A stretch of DNA of 64,000 nt from Eledone cirrhosa (Eukaryota), in the NCBI GenBank assembly GCA_964016885.1, contig OZ024742.1, forward strand, positions 197,656,001 through 197,720,000, given 5' to 3'. Made by a program: the position numbers and the translations under genes. The notes under the pieces are model-generated. The model did no database searches. It was not told the DNA's origin and saw only the letters and a program-made list of their open reading frames with translations. Positions 53,250 to 64,000 of the stretch are shown piece after piece. The stretch's first letter is position 1. Each line of letters starts with the position of its first letter.

Positions 53250-53385
53250 CTAGATCATTCAGTTGAAATTATCAGGTGATTTCAACTAAATGAAACAGTG
53301 CTACTCCTGTAGATGTCATTTCTATCTGAAATATATACCTTTTCTACATAATGTATTGAGTACTTTATTTAACCATGGTTTCTTT
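53250..53385 (+). mobile_element. Third, collapsed copy of the same pLTR relic family
   Basis: tgatttcaactaaatGAAACagtgctactcctGTAgatg plus the extension aatgtattgagtac. Confidence 0.5.
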
Positions 53386-53694
53386 CAATACCTCTACAGA
53401 AAACCATTATACATATATATAGAGATATATATATTTAAATAAATACACACATACACACACATGTATATATATATATCCCATGGAAAAAAACATTAGGAGA
53501 CTTTAACACAAAGAAAGGACTCGATACTTGAAATCAGTACAGAGTGTACTAATTTATTTAGAATTTAACTTACATTTGTTTCAATACATAAATATGTTTT
53601 TAAAAATATATCTAAGTACTGAAACACCTGTACAAATGTAAGTTAAACTGCAAATAAACTACACAAACAATGACCATGCGCGCATATATATATA

Positions 53695-53889
53695 TAACAA
53701 AGGAAATGTGGTAAGGAACCAGATGGACCATAACGCACCAAAGTACTCAATACTTAGGGTAGCAGAGTGGGTAATAGGAACAAGTATGACCCCGACGGCA
53801 GAGCTCAAGCCGTTTCGACGGCTAATTCTGGACTGAATTAGCCGTCGAAACGGCTTGAGCTCTGCCGTCGGGGTCATACTTGTTCCTAT
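53695..53889. mobile_element. Extremely truncated palindromic copy of the 20346-22730 Penelope family
   Basis: 53695-53835 is nearly identical to 20346-20487. Perfect inverted arms ~53776-53829 / 53836-53889. (TA)n flanks. Confidence 0.88.
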
Positions 53890-55256
53890 ATATATATATA
53901 TATGTGGGTTTTGGTCATAATATCAAGTGATGAAATAGTGAAAGCCATAATCTTAACCATTCTGAACAATGACTGCTTGAAAAACTGAAAATCACAAAGC
54001 CTGAAAATATAACCCCAGAGAAAAATTAAATTAAAAAAATTCTTAAAATCAATAATAATAAAAATACCTATGTGTGTATGTGTATATGTGTGTACATGTA
54101 TCTGACTGTGTATGTGTATATCTTGCCTGTGTATGTGTATATCTTGCCTGTGTATATGTAGGTAAAAACATGACAGCATGGTTAAGGGTTTCAAGTTCAA
54201 TATCATTACATGTCAACTTGGGCAAGTGTCTTCTATTGATCAATGCTTTGTAGGGGGAATATGGTAGATAGAAACTGAGTGAAAGCTTGTGTATCTATCC
54301 ATCTACTCTTGGTCCCAAATAAGGGGGTTGGAATAAGTGTGTGTGTGGGGGGGGGGGGGGTAATTTTTCTAGGTTGTCTTCATCGATTAAAAAAAAAAAA
54401 ACAGAATTAGTTATTTAATTTACATATTGAGACCCCAACCCATCCTATTTATTTTATATCATATAGTATTTCTAATAATTTACTTTTTTTCTCATGTATA
54501 ATATTTTTTAATATCTAAAGAAAATCAATTGTTGCAGGAATGTTACCAACTTAAAATAAAATATTGTCGGAAATAGATTAGCAAAATTTAATAAGCAGTG
54601 GAGTTGGAAAAAATCTGAAAAATTAATAAGCGGAGAAGGACGATTATTCGAGATACATACACACTGACGGCAGTGTGTATGTATCCATCCTTGTGTCTGG
54701 TTTACATTTATATCTGTGTTTCTGTTACATAACTTAGCACTTCAATAACATTTAGGGTGTTTGGCTCATAATTGTAAGGTTGTGAGTTAGATTCTTGGTG
54801 GTGCATTGTGTCCTTGAGCAAGACACTTCATTTCACATTGCTCCAGTCTACTCAACTAGCAAAAATGAGTTGTATCTGGAATTCAAAGACTCAGCCTTGT
54901 CACACACTGTATCATGTCGAATTTTCCCAAGAATTACGTTAAGGATACACATGGAATAATGCTTCACCACTTACAGAATAATTTCATAAGCAGATTGTTC
55001 CATTGTTCAAACAACTGGAACACTCATTGTCAAAGCCAATGGCAGTTAAAAACACACACAACACTTTCAGGCTTGTCATTTTGGTTTTTCAAGTTGTCAA
55101 TGTTTCATTTTTCTAGATTTTTAAGATTATGGCACATGATATTGGACAAATTCAAGTTACTTTGAGTGGTTCTCACACTTATCAAAAGGCTTCTCTTGCA
55201 CAGCTTTCCCTTTGTCCGATGAAAGACAAAGATTAAGAGATGATGATGATCCTCAC

Positions 55257-55295
55257 CAGGACAAGTTTAAGTCACATCAAGAGGCTTCTCTCCCC
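55257..55295 (-). other. Candidate 39-nt cassette exon with in-frame TAA (poison-exon-like)
   Basis: Strong acceptor ttctggttctctctcAG| and donor cctg|GTgagg. 39 nt; phase-1 reading is (G)GEKPLDVT*TCP(G). Confidence 0.3.
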
Positions 55296-55354
55296 CTGAG
55301 AGAGAACCAGAATATGAAATAAACACACAATTTCACACATACACACACATACAT

Positions 55355-55391
<37 letters not shown>

Positions 55392-56801
55392 TACGTTTAT
55401 GTGCACAAACGTATTTGTATATAAGTGTAATACAGCACTTGATATATTTTCTAGAGTCATATATGTTTATAATTAAACAAGCTGAATATCGCAAATTGTC
55501 AATATACAGGCTGCTCTCCAACAGATTTCTCTGCAAACTTAGATTTGTGGAAACATCTGGCATCCTGGATCCACGAACCACTTCTCAACACACTATGATC
55601 AGCACAGAGATGGCCATTGGCAAGAATGGGCTCCATGAAACAGAGTGCCTTCTTGTAGTGGTGGAAACATCTGGCTTTCTGGATCTCTGAACCACCTCCA
55701 TATTCACTGAAATTGGGAGGGAGATAGCCATCCACAAGAATGAGCCCTTCAAATTGGACTGCCTTCTTGGTGAACCCATAATGAAGGAAATATCTAACCT
55801 TTTGAGTTTCTGAACCACCTCCCTACTCATTGCAATTGGATAGAGATAGCCATACATAATACATCTCACAGTGTAACATCCAATCATAGAAAAATATACT
55901 GCCTAATGAACCTATTATTCAGACCATGCCACCATAGAAATGCAGACATAAAAACGACAATGATGATGATGATGAAGTTAAATGTATTTCAGAAAGTTGA
56001 GAAAATGATTAAAAAAAAAAAAATCTACAGGTATGGATATATGAGGTCCAAAAATGTGGATGTCTCAGGTAGACATATAGCTAAACTAGAGTCCCAGTTC
56101 AGAAAATATACACAACAGTGAGTGTAGTTAATTTTAATAGATTATAAGCTGAAGTAACTACTCCAGTGAGAGAGCTTTGTGTTGCATTAAGATGAAATGG
56201 AAAAAATATAGTTATTGAAATAAATTTTTTTTTTTTTTTTGTTTCGTCAGAACCTCATACTTGTGAAAGGGAGGGCGGAAGGGTGGAAGGTAACTTCAAA
56301 TAGAAGACCTGGTCTGAATGTTTGCAACAGTCAACTCTGAACTAAGGCACCAAAGGGGTAGGTGATGGAGTTAAACTGGGCAATAGATTAAGTCTACCAC
56401 CCATGTAGAGCACCCAGCAAGATTTTAACTCAAAAGTTAAACTGGGTGATGGATTAAGTCCACCACCCATGTAGGTCACAGTGGGACATGAACTCAGAAA
56501 ACAAGGAGTCAGAAAAAATAGTGCGAGACATCTCGTCTAATATTTTAACAATTCTACCAACCCAATGTCCTAGGCTGGTACTTTATTTTATCAAACCTTC
56601 AAGGAGGGAAGCAGCATTTGAAATCAGTGCAGAGAGTCAGAACAAATACTGCAAGGAAGTTTGTCCCACATTGTAACTGCTCTGATAATTTGTCACCAAT
56701 CTTGACTACAGATGACAAAGACTAACCCTAATATCTGCAGAGAATCTGACAGAAGGATTTTTAAAACACTTCTACCACTATTTAATATTTAAAAGTATGT
56801 A

Positions 56802-57129
56802 CTCTCAGGTCCCAAATAATGGGAGGGGGATCGGTAATTCTTCTAGGTTGTCTTCATTGATTTTTAAAAAAAAACAGAATCAGTCGTTTAGTTTACATAT
56901 TGAGACCCAACCCATCTTATTTATTTTATATTTGTCATGTATAACGGTTTTTAATGTATAAAGAAAATTAATTGTCGCAGGAATGCTATAACTTAAAATG
57001 AAATTTTGCAGATAGATTAGCAAAACTTAATAAGCAGGGTCTGGAGGAGGAATAAGAACTTGGGGGGGGGGGGGGGGCTGAAAAATTAATAAGTAGGGTT
57101 GGGGGTGAGGGTTATTCAAGATCCGAGAG
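56802..57129. mobile_element. TA-flanked MITE with imperfect TIRs; sister copy ~54306-54655
   Basis: ta|ctctcaggtcccaaataa ... ttattcaagatccgagag|ta. Internal sequence is shared with 54306-54655. Confidence 0.6.
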
Positions 57130-57522
57130 TACAGAAACAAACAATGCTGTGTGCAATTTTTAACCATTTTGTGTCTAGATTTCTAACAATAATATACAGC
57201 TTTTTGCATTTTAATTATCAAAATAATCAAGAATTATGAGAGGATTAGTAAAATAACCGACTTTCAACTTATTAATGATTTCTAATTTAAACTCAAGGCC
57301 ACCAATTTGGAGGAAGGGAAAGTTAATTAATATTAATTCCATTATTTTATCAACCCCAGAAATATGAAAGGCAAAGTTGACCTCGGTTAGATTTGAACTC
57401 AAAACAAAGTGTTGAAACATACATCTGCCCAACATTCTAACTAAGCCAATACACTACCCTTTCAATTTCATAATAAAAGAAATATTTTGCTATTGAAATC
57501 TATTATTATATGTCAGGGAATT

Positions 57523-57745
57523 AGGTTGGTGGATTGGCAGTATCGGAAGAGCATCGGACACCATGTTTTGCGGCATAGGTACGTCCCTTTACATTCTGAG
57601 TTCAAATCCCATTGAGGTTAGGCTTCAGTTTTTACAGGGTTGATAAAATAAAGCACCAGTAATGCATTGGGGGTCGATTTAATCAACTTTCTCCTCCCCT
57701 CCAAATTGCTGGCCTTGTGCCTAAAGTAGAAACTATTATTATTAT
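57523..57745 (+). mobile_element. SINE family 1 copy
   Basis: tggcagtatcgg A-box, gagttcaaatcc B-box and the ggccttgtgcctaaagtagaaac end. Confidence 0.8.
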
Positions 57746-57826
57746 AACAATCATGAAAAAGCTATCAATTTTCATAAGAAGTATATATGAATGTGTGACG
57801 TCCAAACGAGTATCCTCTACCTCCAA

Positions 57827-58130
57827 CTAATTTATGCTCTGCCTCTGGATCCTAGCCGACAGGATGGAGAATGCATTGCCCCAGAGGACAGTGAGAGAAA
57901 CACACTGGAATAGCCACTCCACCTCGCAGGACTCACATGTGCAGGTAGCCAACACCTCTCCGATAGCAGAGAATAGGAATGTGGTCCAGGAGCCAAGAAT
58001 ACCAGAAGTCTCCACTGCTACAGGCTCTACCACAAACCTATCAGTGAGTGGCTGATATTTGGACAGTTTGCCCTCTTCGGCCTGGTAGGCAGCAGAGCCT
58101 GGGCTGATAGCCAAATGCACCAGGTGGCCA
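57827..58130 (-). mobile_element. CRE-clade-like REL-endonuclease LINE C-terminal relic; more degenerate relative at ~55505-55740 (+)
   Basis: AEEGKLSKY..L...FVVEPVAVETSGILG...WLFQCVSLTVLWGNAFSIL. Confidence 0.7.
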
Positions 58131-58324
58131 CTAGAGAAGCAAACCAATAGTAGGAGTATCTTATATAACAAAGTGCAACTATAATGGACACCAATAACAA
58201 CATTGTTAACAAGAATACATCCTGTTTCAGTGTTTTAATTATCAAAGTAATTAAGGATTATGAGAGGATTAGTGAAATTACTAACTTAATAGTAACTACT
58301 GAAATCTAATATTATCTGTCATTT

Positions 58325-58508
58325 AATAATTGTTTCTACTTTAGGCACAAGGCCAGCAATTACCCAGTGCATTACTGGTACTTTATTTTATCGACCCCCG
58401 TATGGATGAAAGGCAAAGTCAACCTCAGCGGGATTTGAACTCAGATCGTAAAGGGACGTAACTATGCTGGAAAGCGTCTGACCCTCTACCGATACTGCCA
58501 ATCCACCG
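58325..58508 (-). mobile_element. SINE family 1 copy, inverted relative to 57523-57745
   Basis: Near-identical to 1729-1925. Confidence 0.85.
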
Positions 58509-58922
58509 TCATTTAATAATGACTTCTAATTTAGCCACAAAGCCAGCAGTTTTGTGAAGGAGAAAGATGATTAAATTTACCACAGTATATGACTGGTACC
58601 TTATTTCAATAACTCCAGATAGATGATCAAGTAAGTTAGAGGACATGAGCACAGACACAGACACAAATGTAAACATAGATATGGATGGACACACACCATT
58701 CCACACCGTATATGTCTATGACAGCCCTCTGCAAATGTTGTCCACCAAATCCCACTCACGAGGCACTGGTCAACCCAAGGTAGAATATGCCACTCAGTAG
58801 GACTGAACCCAGAATCATGTGGTTGTGGAGCAAACTCCATAACAACATAGCCTAACATTCTATGGGGGGGGGGGGGGGGCTAATACATTTTACATTTTAT
58901 TCGTTGTTTAAAAAGAGTTGTT

Positions 58923-58953
<31 letters not shown>

Positions 58954-59339
58954 TCATAGCTAGAAGGCTTTCCAAATGTTTATTTGTAAATATACCGTAT
59001 ATCATTAGATATACAAAATTCACATATATATAATAATTAAAATTTGGTAGGAAACAGGAAATAAAGGAATAAATTAACTCTTTTGAAACCAACCAGGCCA
59101 AAACTGGCTGTGATTCTATAAAACAAAACCACACATTCTGAAGGTCCCTATATAAATTAAAATCTTGCATAATTTTATATAAGAACCATATGTTAATTAC
59201 TATCTTAGTAATGAAATAATTATTTTAGTAATCCCTCAAAATTCCTCAATTAATTGAAATAGAGTGCATTTCATTAGGAATATGGCCACAAAATGATTAA
59301 TTAAAATATGATAACAAATATATTAGAAAATTTCCTTAC

Positions 59340-59781
59340 CAGTAAATATGATATGTGGTATCTTACTGTTATTTTGTGGTGATAACTGTTGATGTGGATG
59401 GTTTGGAGATGATGGTTGTTGCTGTTGTTGTTGTTGTTGCTGTGTATGTTGCTGCTGTTGTTGTGAGTGCTGCTGCTGATGGTGGCTGGTTTGCTGCTGA
59501 TGATGTTGAGGTGACTGTTGTTGTTGTTGCTGCTGCTGCTGTTGTTGTTGCTGTTGTTGTGGCGATGTGTTCAACAACTGCTGCTGTGGTGGATTACAGA
59601 GGGGGTTCAAATCCGAGTAGAAAGATGTTAAGTTAAATTCCTGGCTACCGCTAGTAACAGCAGTCAGACTCTGGATGTCCTCATCGGTGAATTCCAATGT
59701 ATGAGGTGAGATTGAGTAACCAGTCAGATTAGTTAATGAGTTGGAGTTGCAAGAATTTAGACTGGGTTGGTTATCTTGAAG
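59340..59781 (-). CDS. CRTC: CRTC/TORC coactivator, internal (penultimate constitutive) coding exon, Q/H/S/P-rich, ending ...NNSKIPHIIFT(G)
   Basis: Acceptor tatttgcAG|CTT (phase 0) and donor ACT G|GTaagg (phase 1) bound 442 nt of open frame. The end IPHIIFTG matches the IPNIILT(G) motif that begins the CRTC C-terminal domain. It joins the exon at 26176 in frame as G|GT=Gly. Confidence 0.87.
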
Positions 59782-60124
59782 CTGCAAATATAATATCAAG
59801 AAAGTTTTTCAACTCACCAAACATCCTGTAATGGTTTAGCAGAAAAAAACCCCAAAACAAGCTGGTTAATTCAAATCATCATCATTTAACATCCATTTTC
59901 CTTACTAGCTAGAGTTGGACAGGTCAAATATAGTAGCTTTCCTGGTGGATAGTTTGTTGTGAAAATATGCAGCTAAACTAAAGAATTTAATATTTAATGT
60001 GAAGCAATCATATTATGTTTTATAGTTTTCAATGGTTCGGACAGGCATAGGATACAGATGTTTAACGATGGTGAGGACGCACTCTCCCTGCTGTCCACCT
60101 GCCTTCCACACACAATATACCTTT

Positions 60125-60535
60125 CCTATCTAACCCATGCATGCATGGAAAGGCAGGCACATTTCACACTTGGTTTGCCAGTGCTGGTACCATGACAAAA
60201 AAAGGACCCAGTCCACTCTGTAAGGTGGCCATGCTGGTACCATGACAAAAAAAAAATCACCCAGTCCACTCTGTAACGTGGCCATGCTGGTACCATGACA
60301 AAAAAAGCACCCAGTCCACTCTGTAAGGTGGCCATGCTGGTATCATGACAAAAAAGCACCTAGTCCACTCTGTAAGGTGGCCATGCTGGTATCGTGACAA
60401 AAAAAGCACCCAGTCCACTCTGTTAGGTGATCATTCTGATGCCACCTGACCAGGCTAGCCTCATAACATGACAACTTGTCTAACCCATGCAACCATGGAA
60501 TATAGATATTAAATGGTAATGTTGATGATGATGAA
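60125..60535 (+). mobile_element. RTE 3'UTR relic with ~5 tandem ~55-bp units
   Basis: Repeated catgacaaaaaaagcacccagtccactctgtaaggtggccatgctggt, followed by an aacccatgc...gatgatgatg tail. Confidence 0.75.
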
Positions 60536-60777
60536 TGTCTTGCTAATGTAGTTTAATGTGACATAGGATGCTACGAGTTAACCCTTTTGATACCAAACCA
60601 CCTGAAATCCCCCTTGTTTCTACAATACAAAACAGTTTATTATAAAATGTTTATTTTTATATGAAAACTTTGTTAAGTTATGTTCCAAATACCATCTTAA
60701 TAACGAGAAAATTAGTATATTACTATATCTCTGTATAGTTAAATGTAGTTAAAATCAGTTACTCTTGCTGCCCATCA

Positions 60778-61295
60778 ATGAAGTCTAAAATCACCAATTC
60801 TAATCGTACGAGAATAAATCCAGGATGCAGTTGCAGGAAGCCGGATGAATGCCCATTACAGGGCAAATGTAATACCAAATATGTTGTATATGAGGCCAAA
60901 GTGACACCTTTAATTAACAACCAGCCAACCAGGAGTGAACAATATGTTGGCATGACTCAGGACAGGTTCAAATCCAGGTTTTATGCACATGTCGCTTCTT
61001 TTAAACACTCTGATAAAAGAACAGCAACGGCTCTCGCAAATAAGGTGTGGGAATTCAAAGATAAAAACATCCCGTACTCTATCGATTGGTCTATTTTAGA
61101 CCATTCGAGGGAATACCAAAGGGGCACAAAGAATTGTTCTTTGTGTACCACTGAAAAATTTAGGATTCTACAAAACTGAAAGCCACTTCGACTTGCCTGA
61201 ACTCCAAGACCGAGATCTTCAGATGTTGTCCTCACCTGAAATCACATCTGATCTGTAACTGGATTGACATTCCTACGATGACTCAACCACCTTGA
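60778..61295 (+). mobile_element. Penelope-like GIY-YIG endonuclease 3' fragment (second family)
   Basis: CSCRKPDECPLQGKC..VVYEA..YVGMT..FKSRFYAH..F..CSLCTTEK. After a frameshift it continues TCLNSKTEIFRCCPH. Confidence 0.88.
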
Positions 61296-61555
61296 ACTTC
61301 TTCTCTGCTCTCTACGCCTTACATTCACTACGATTTTTATTACTCTCTGAACTCACTTTCTGTACTCTTATATTCTTTTTCTCCCTTATCTCCCCTTATA
61401 TTTAAACTTTTTCCTATGTTATTTATTTTCCTTATTCCCCCCCTACTTTCTACCTTACCCTTTACATACCCACCTTTTTTTTTATAGATATTTATTTCTG
61501 TGTGTATGTATGTATGTGTTGTGTATATGTGTATGTGTGTGTATATATATATATG

Positions 61556-63187
61556 TCATCATCATCATCAACGTTTAACGTCCGTGTTCCACGCTTGCAT
61601 GGGTTTGGACGGGGGTATTCCCACTTGAGGCAAGAGTGATTGTCTTGCTCGCATAGGACTGTCTGGCAGGTTTTCTACAGTTGGATGCCCTTCCTAACAC
61701 CAACCACATTTACAGTGTGGGTCTGGGAGGTTTTTACTGTGTTGCCTACACGGCCACATTACAGCGTGGACTGTGTGTTTTTTTGTCGTGACACCTACAC
61801 GATCTCATTTGTTTCGGCCTGGATGGTGTGGCACCAACATAACTTTACATAGGAGGGGGTGGTGGGACGGGGGTGTATTTTGTTAGAGATGCCTACTGGC
61901 TGTAGTAGGTTTTACTATGTATTTAGGTAAGGCGGGTCTTCTCTATTACTGAGTACCGCCAAAGGTCTCGGTCCAGTGACATTGTCTTGGAGAGGTGTAA
62001 GTGTGTGAGGTCGGAGTTTATCAGCTCGTCCCAGGTTTTTCTAGGTCTGCCTATTCCGTGGCTACCGTCTATCTTTATTGCCCTGTACTTTGTTATACAG
62101 CTATCGACTTTCATGCGCATCACGTGTCCATACCAACGTAGCCTTCTCTCGAGTAAACAACATCTGATCCCTCTTATTTCTAATTTTTGCCTTAGTTGGT
62201 TTATGCTTTGCCGTTCACGTATATTACTATTACACATCCAGCGGAGCATGCAAGCTTCGTTCCTCTCTAGTCTGCGTATATCCTCTGCACACAATGCCCA
62301 GGTCTCACTGCCATGCAACATTGCTGTTCGTATGCAGGCATCATACAACCTGCCTTTCATTTTTAGGGAGAACCCTTTAGCGGCTAATAGTGGTATAAGC
62401 TCTCTGAACTTTTTCCATCCAGTTCTGACTCTAGCTACTGTACTTTCAGAGCACCCTCCCCCACTGCTGATTTTGTCACCCAGGTAACGGAAGCTGTCCA
62501 CTATTTCTATAGAGCCCTCTGCGCAGTTGTAAGACTCTGTTGAAGGCTTTCTCCAAGTCGACAAAAGCTAAGTAGAGGGGTTTACCTTTAGCTAGGTACT
62601 TCTCCTGTAGTTGACGTACAATGAAAAGAGCGTCTGTGGTACTTTTGCCTGACACAAACCCGAACTGCATTTCATCTAGGTCAATTCTCTCTCTGATTAG
62701 TTGCGCTATTACTTTTTCCGTGACCTTCATGACCTGGTCGATTAATTTAATGCCTCTATAGTTACTCCTATCTAGGGCATCTCCTTTACCCTTATAACAG
62801 TTAACGATGATTCTGCTATGCCAGTCCTTCGGAACAACCCCATTCTGTACGACTTGGTAAACTATCCGGGTGACCATGGTGTGTCCCACCGTGCCAGATG
62901 CCTTCAGCATCTCAGCAACTATTTCCGCCTTACCCGTCTTCATATCCTTGATTGCCTTACTTATTATACTACCCTCGACTAACACTGCTGGTCCCTCTAT
63001 TGGGTCGATGTGAGGGAGACCGTTTTTCTCCCATTTATTCTCCTCATTTAGTAGCCTTTCATAGTGACACTTCCAAGCTACCTTCTTCTCAGCGTCGGTG
63101 ATGGCAAGTACGCCGTCATCATTAAGTACACACTTCTCCCCGACAATATCACGGTTTTCCTTGACACATTGCCTAGCAATCCTGAAG
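61556..63187 (-). mobile_element. RTE LINE (family B), 5'-truncated, with internal deletion of the RT core at ~62532/62533
   Basis: ORF 62476-63216 (RT N-half to DLEKAFNRV) is fused out of frame to ORF 61923-62564 (SYNCAEG..FRYLGD to the C-terminus). YADD and the PHD finger are missing. Confidence 0.92.
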
Positions 63188-63425
63188 TGTATATAATTAT
63201 ATTTATCTGTATGCATAATTACATACAGAGTGATTTAATGTTTATTTTCATTGATTATTTGCTCTAGGAACTTGTTGAGTGCTCTAAATCAGCTATAAAC
63301 ATTTATACCTTTATCTATTTATTTATTTATTTATTTATTATTTGTCATATTCCCAACTATTTGTTTACCCCTTCGACCTTTTTATTTTTATATATATATA
63401 ATATTTATGTATTTTCTTAGATATA

Positions 63426-64000
63426 TTTTCATTGTACGACAACTACAGAAGTACCTAGCTAAAAGTAAACCCCTATACTTAGCTTTTGTCGACTTGGAGA
63501 AAGCCTTCAACAGAGTCCCCCGTTCCATTATCTGGTGGGCTCTTAGAAAACTAGGTGTTGATGAATGGCTTGTGAGAGCTATACAAGCCATGTATAAAGA
63601 AACAGTCAGCAAGGTTAGAATTAACAACGGATATAGGGAAGAGTTTAGCGTAAAAGTTGGTGTTCATCAGGGCTCCGTTCTTAGCCCCCTATTATTTATT
63701 ATTGCCCTTCAGGCTATAACAGTGGAGTTCAAGACTGGCTGCCCATAGGAACTCCTATACGCAGATGATCTAACGCTCATAGCTGAATCAATGGCCGAAC
63801 TAGAGAAGAAATTCCAAACATGGAAGCATGGCCTAGAATCAAAAGGCCTTAAAATTAACCTGTCTAAGACTAAAGTTCTAGTTTGTAGGAAGGAAAATAG
63901 GTCACCTGTCCCATCCAGGATATGGCCATGCTCAGTGTGTAGGAAAGGAGTAGGTAGAAACTCCATTTTATGTCCCAAATGCAAAGTATGGGTGCATAAA
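63426..64000 (+). mobile_element. RTE LINE RT fragment running off the window end
   Basis: FIVRQLQ..FVDLEKAFNRVP..GVHQGSVLSPLLF, then a premature TAG at the W of GCPW, then LLYADDL and the start of the PHD finger (CSVC...CPKC..WVHK). Confidence 0.92.

Noticed and set aside
61177-61179. In-frame TGA in the Penelope endonuclease as possible selenocysteine (reported for some Penelope-like lineages)
   Set aside because: The conserved continuation (TCLNSKTEIFRCCPH) is in a different frame, so this is a 1-nt frameshift, not readthrough.

Overview
This is AT-rich, microsatellite-dense animal genomic DNA. The repeat repertoire (tRNA-derived and CORE-type SINEs, RTE LINEs with (GAT)n tails, Penelope-like elements, huge introns) suggests an octopod cephalopod; this is inference. 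The only host gene I can support is on the minus strand: the 3' end of a CREB-regulated transcription coactivator (CRTC/TORC). A polyQ-rich exon at 59781-59340 splices in phase 1 across a 33,163-bp intron to the terminal coding exon at 26176-25965, which carries the TORC C-terminal transactivation domain. Earlier exons lie beyond the right edge. Inside that intron I find an unannotated, frame-preserving 99-nt candidate cassette exon and two stop-containing candidate exons that would truncate CRTC before the transactivation domain. The rest is mostly transposable-element sequence: RTE LINEs whose RT carries an inserted PHD-type zinc finger, a Penelope-like element with inverted pLTRs holding hammerhead-ribozyme motifs, several short palindromic hammerhead-bearing pLTR relics in (TA)n, a non-autonomous Helitron, TTAA (piggyBac-like) and TA MITEs, REL-type LINE relics, many SINEs and three minisatellites. 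Most short ORFs in the supplied track are microsatellite or antisense artefacts. All calls are by eye, and the boundaries of degenerate repeats are approximate.
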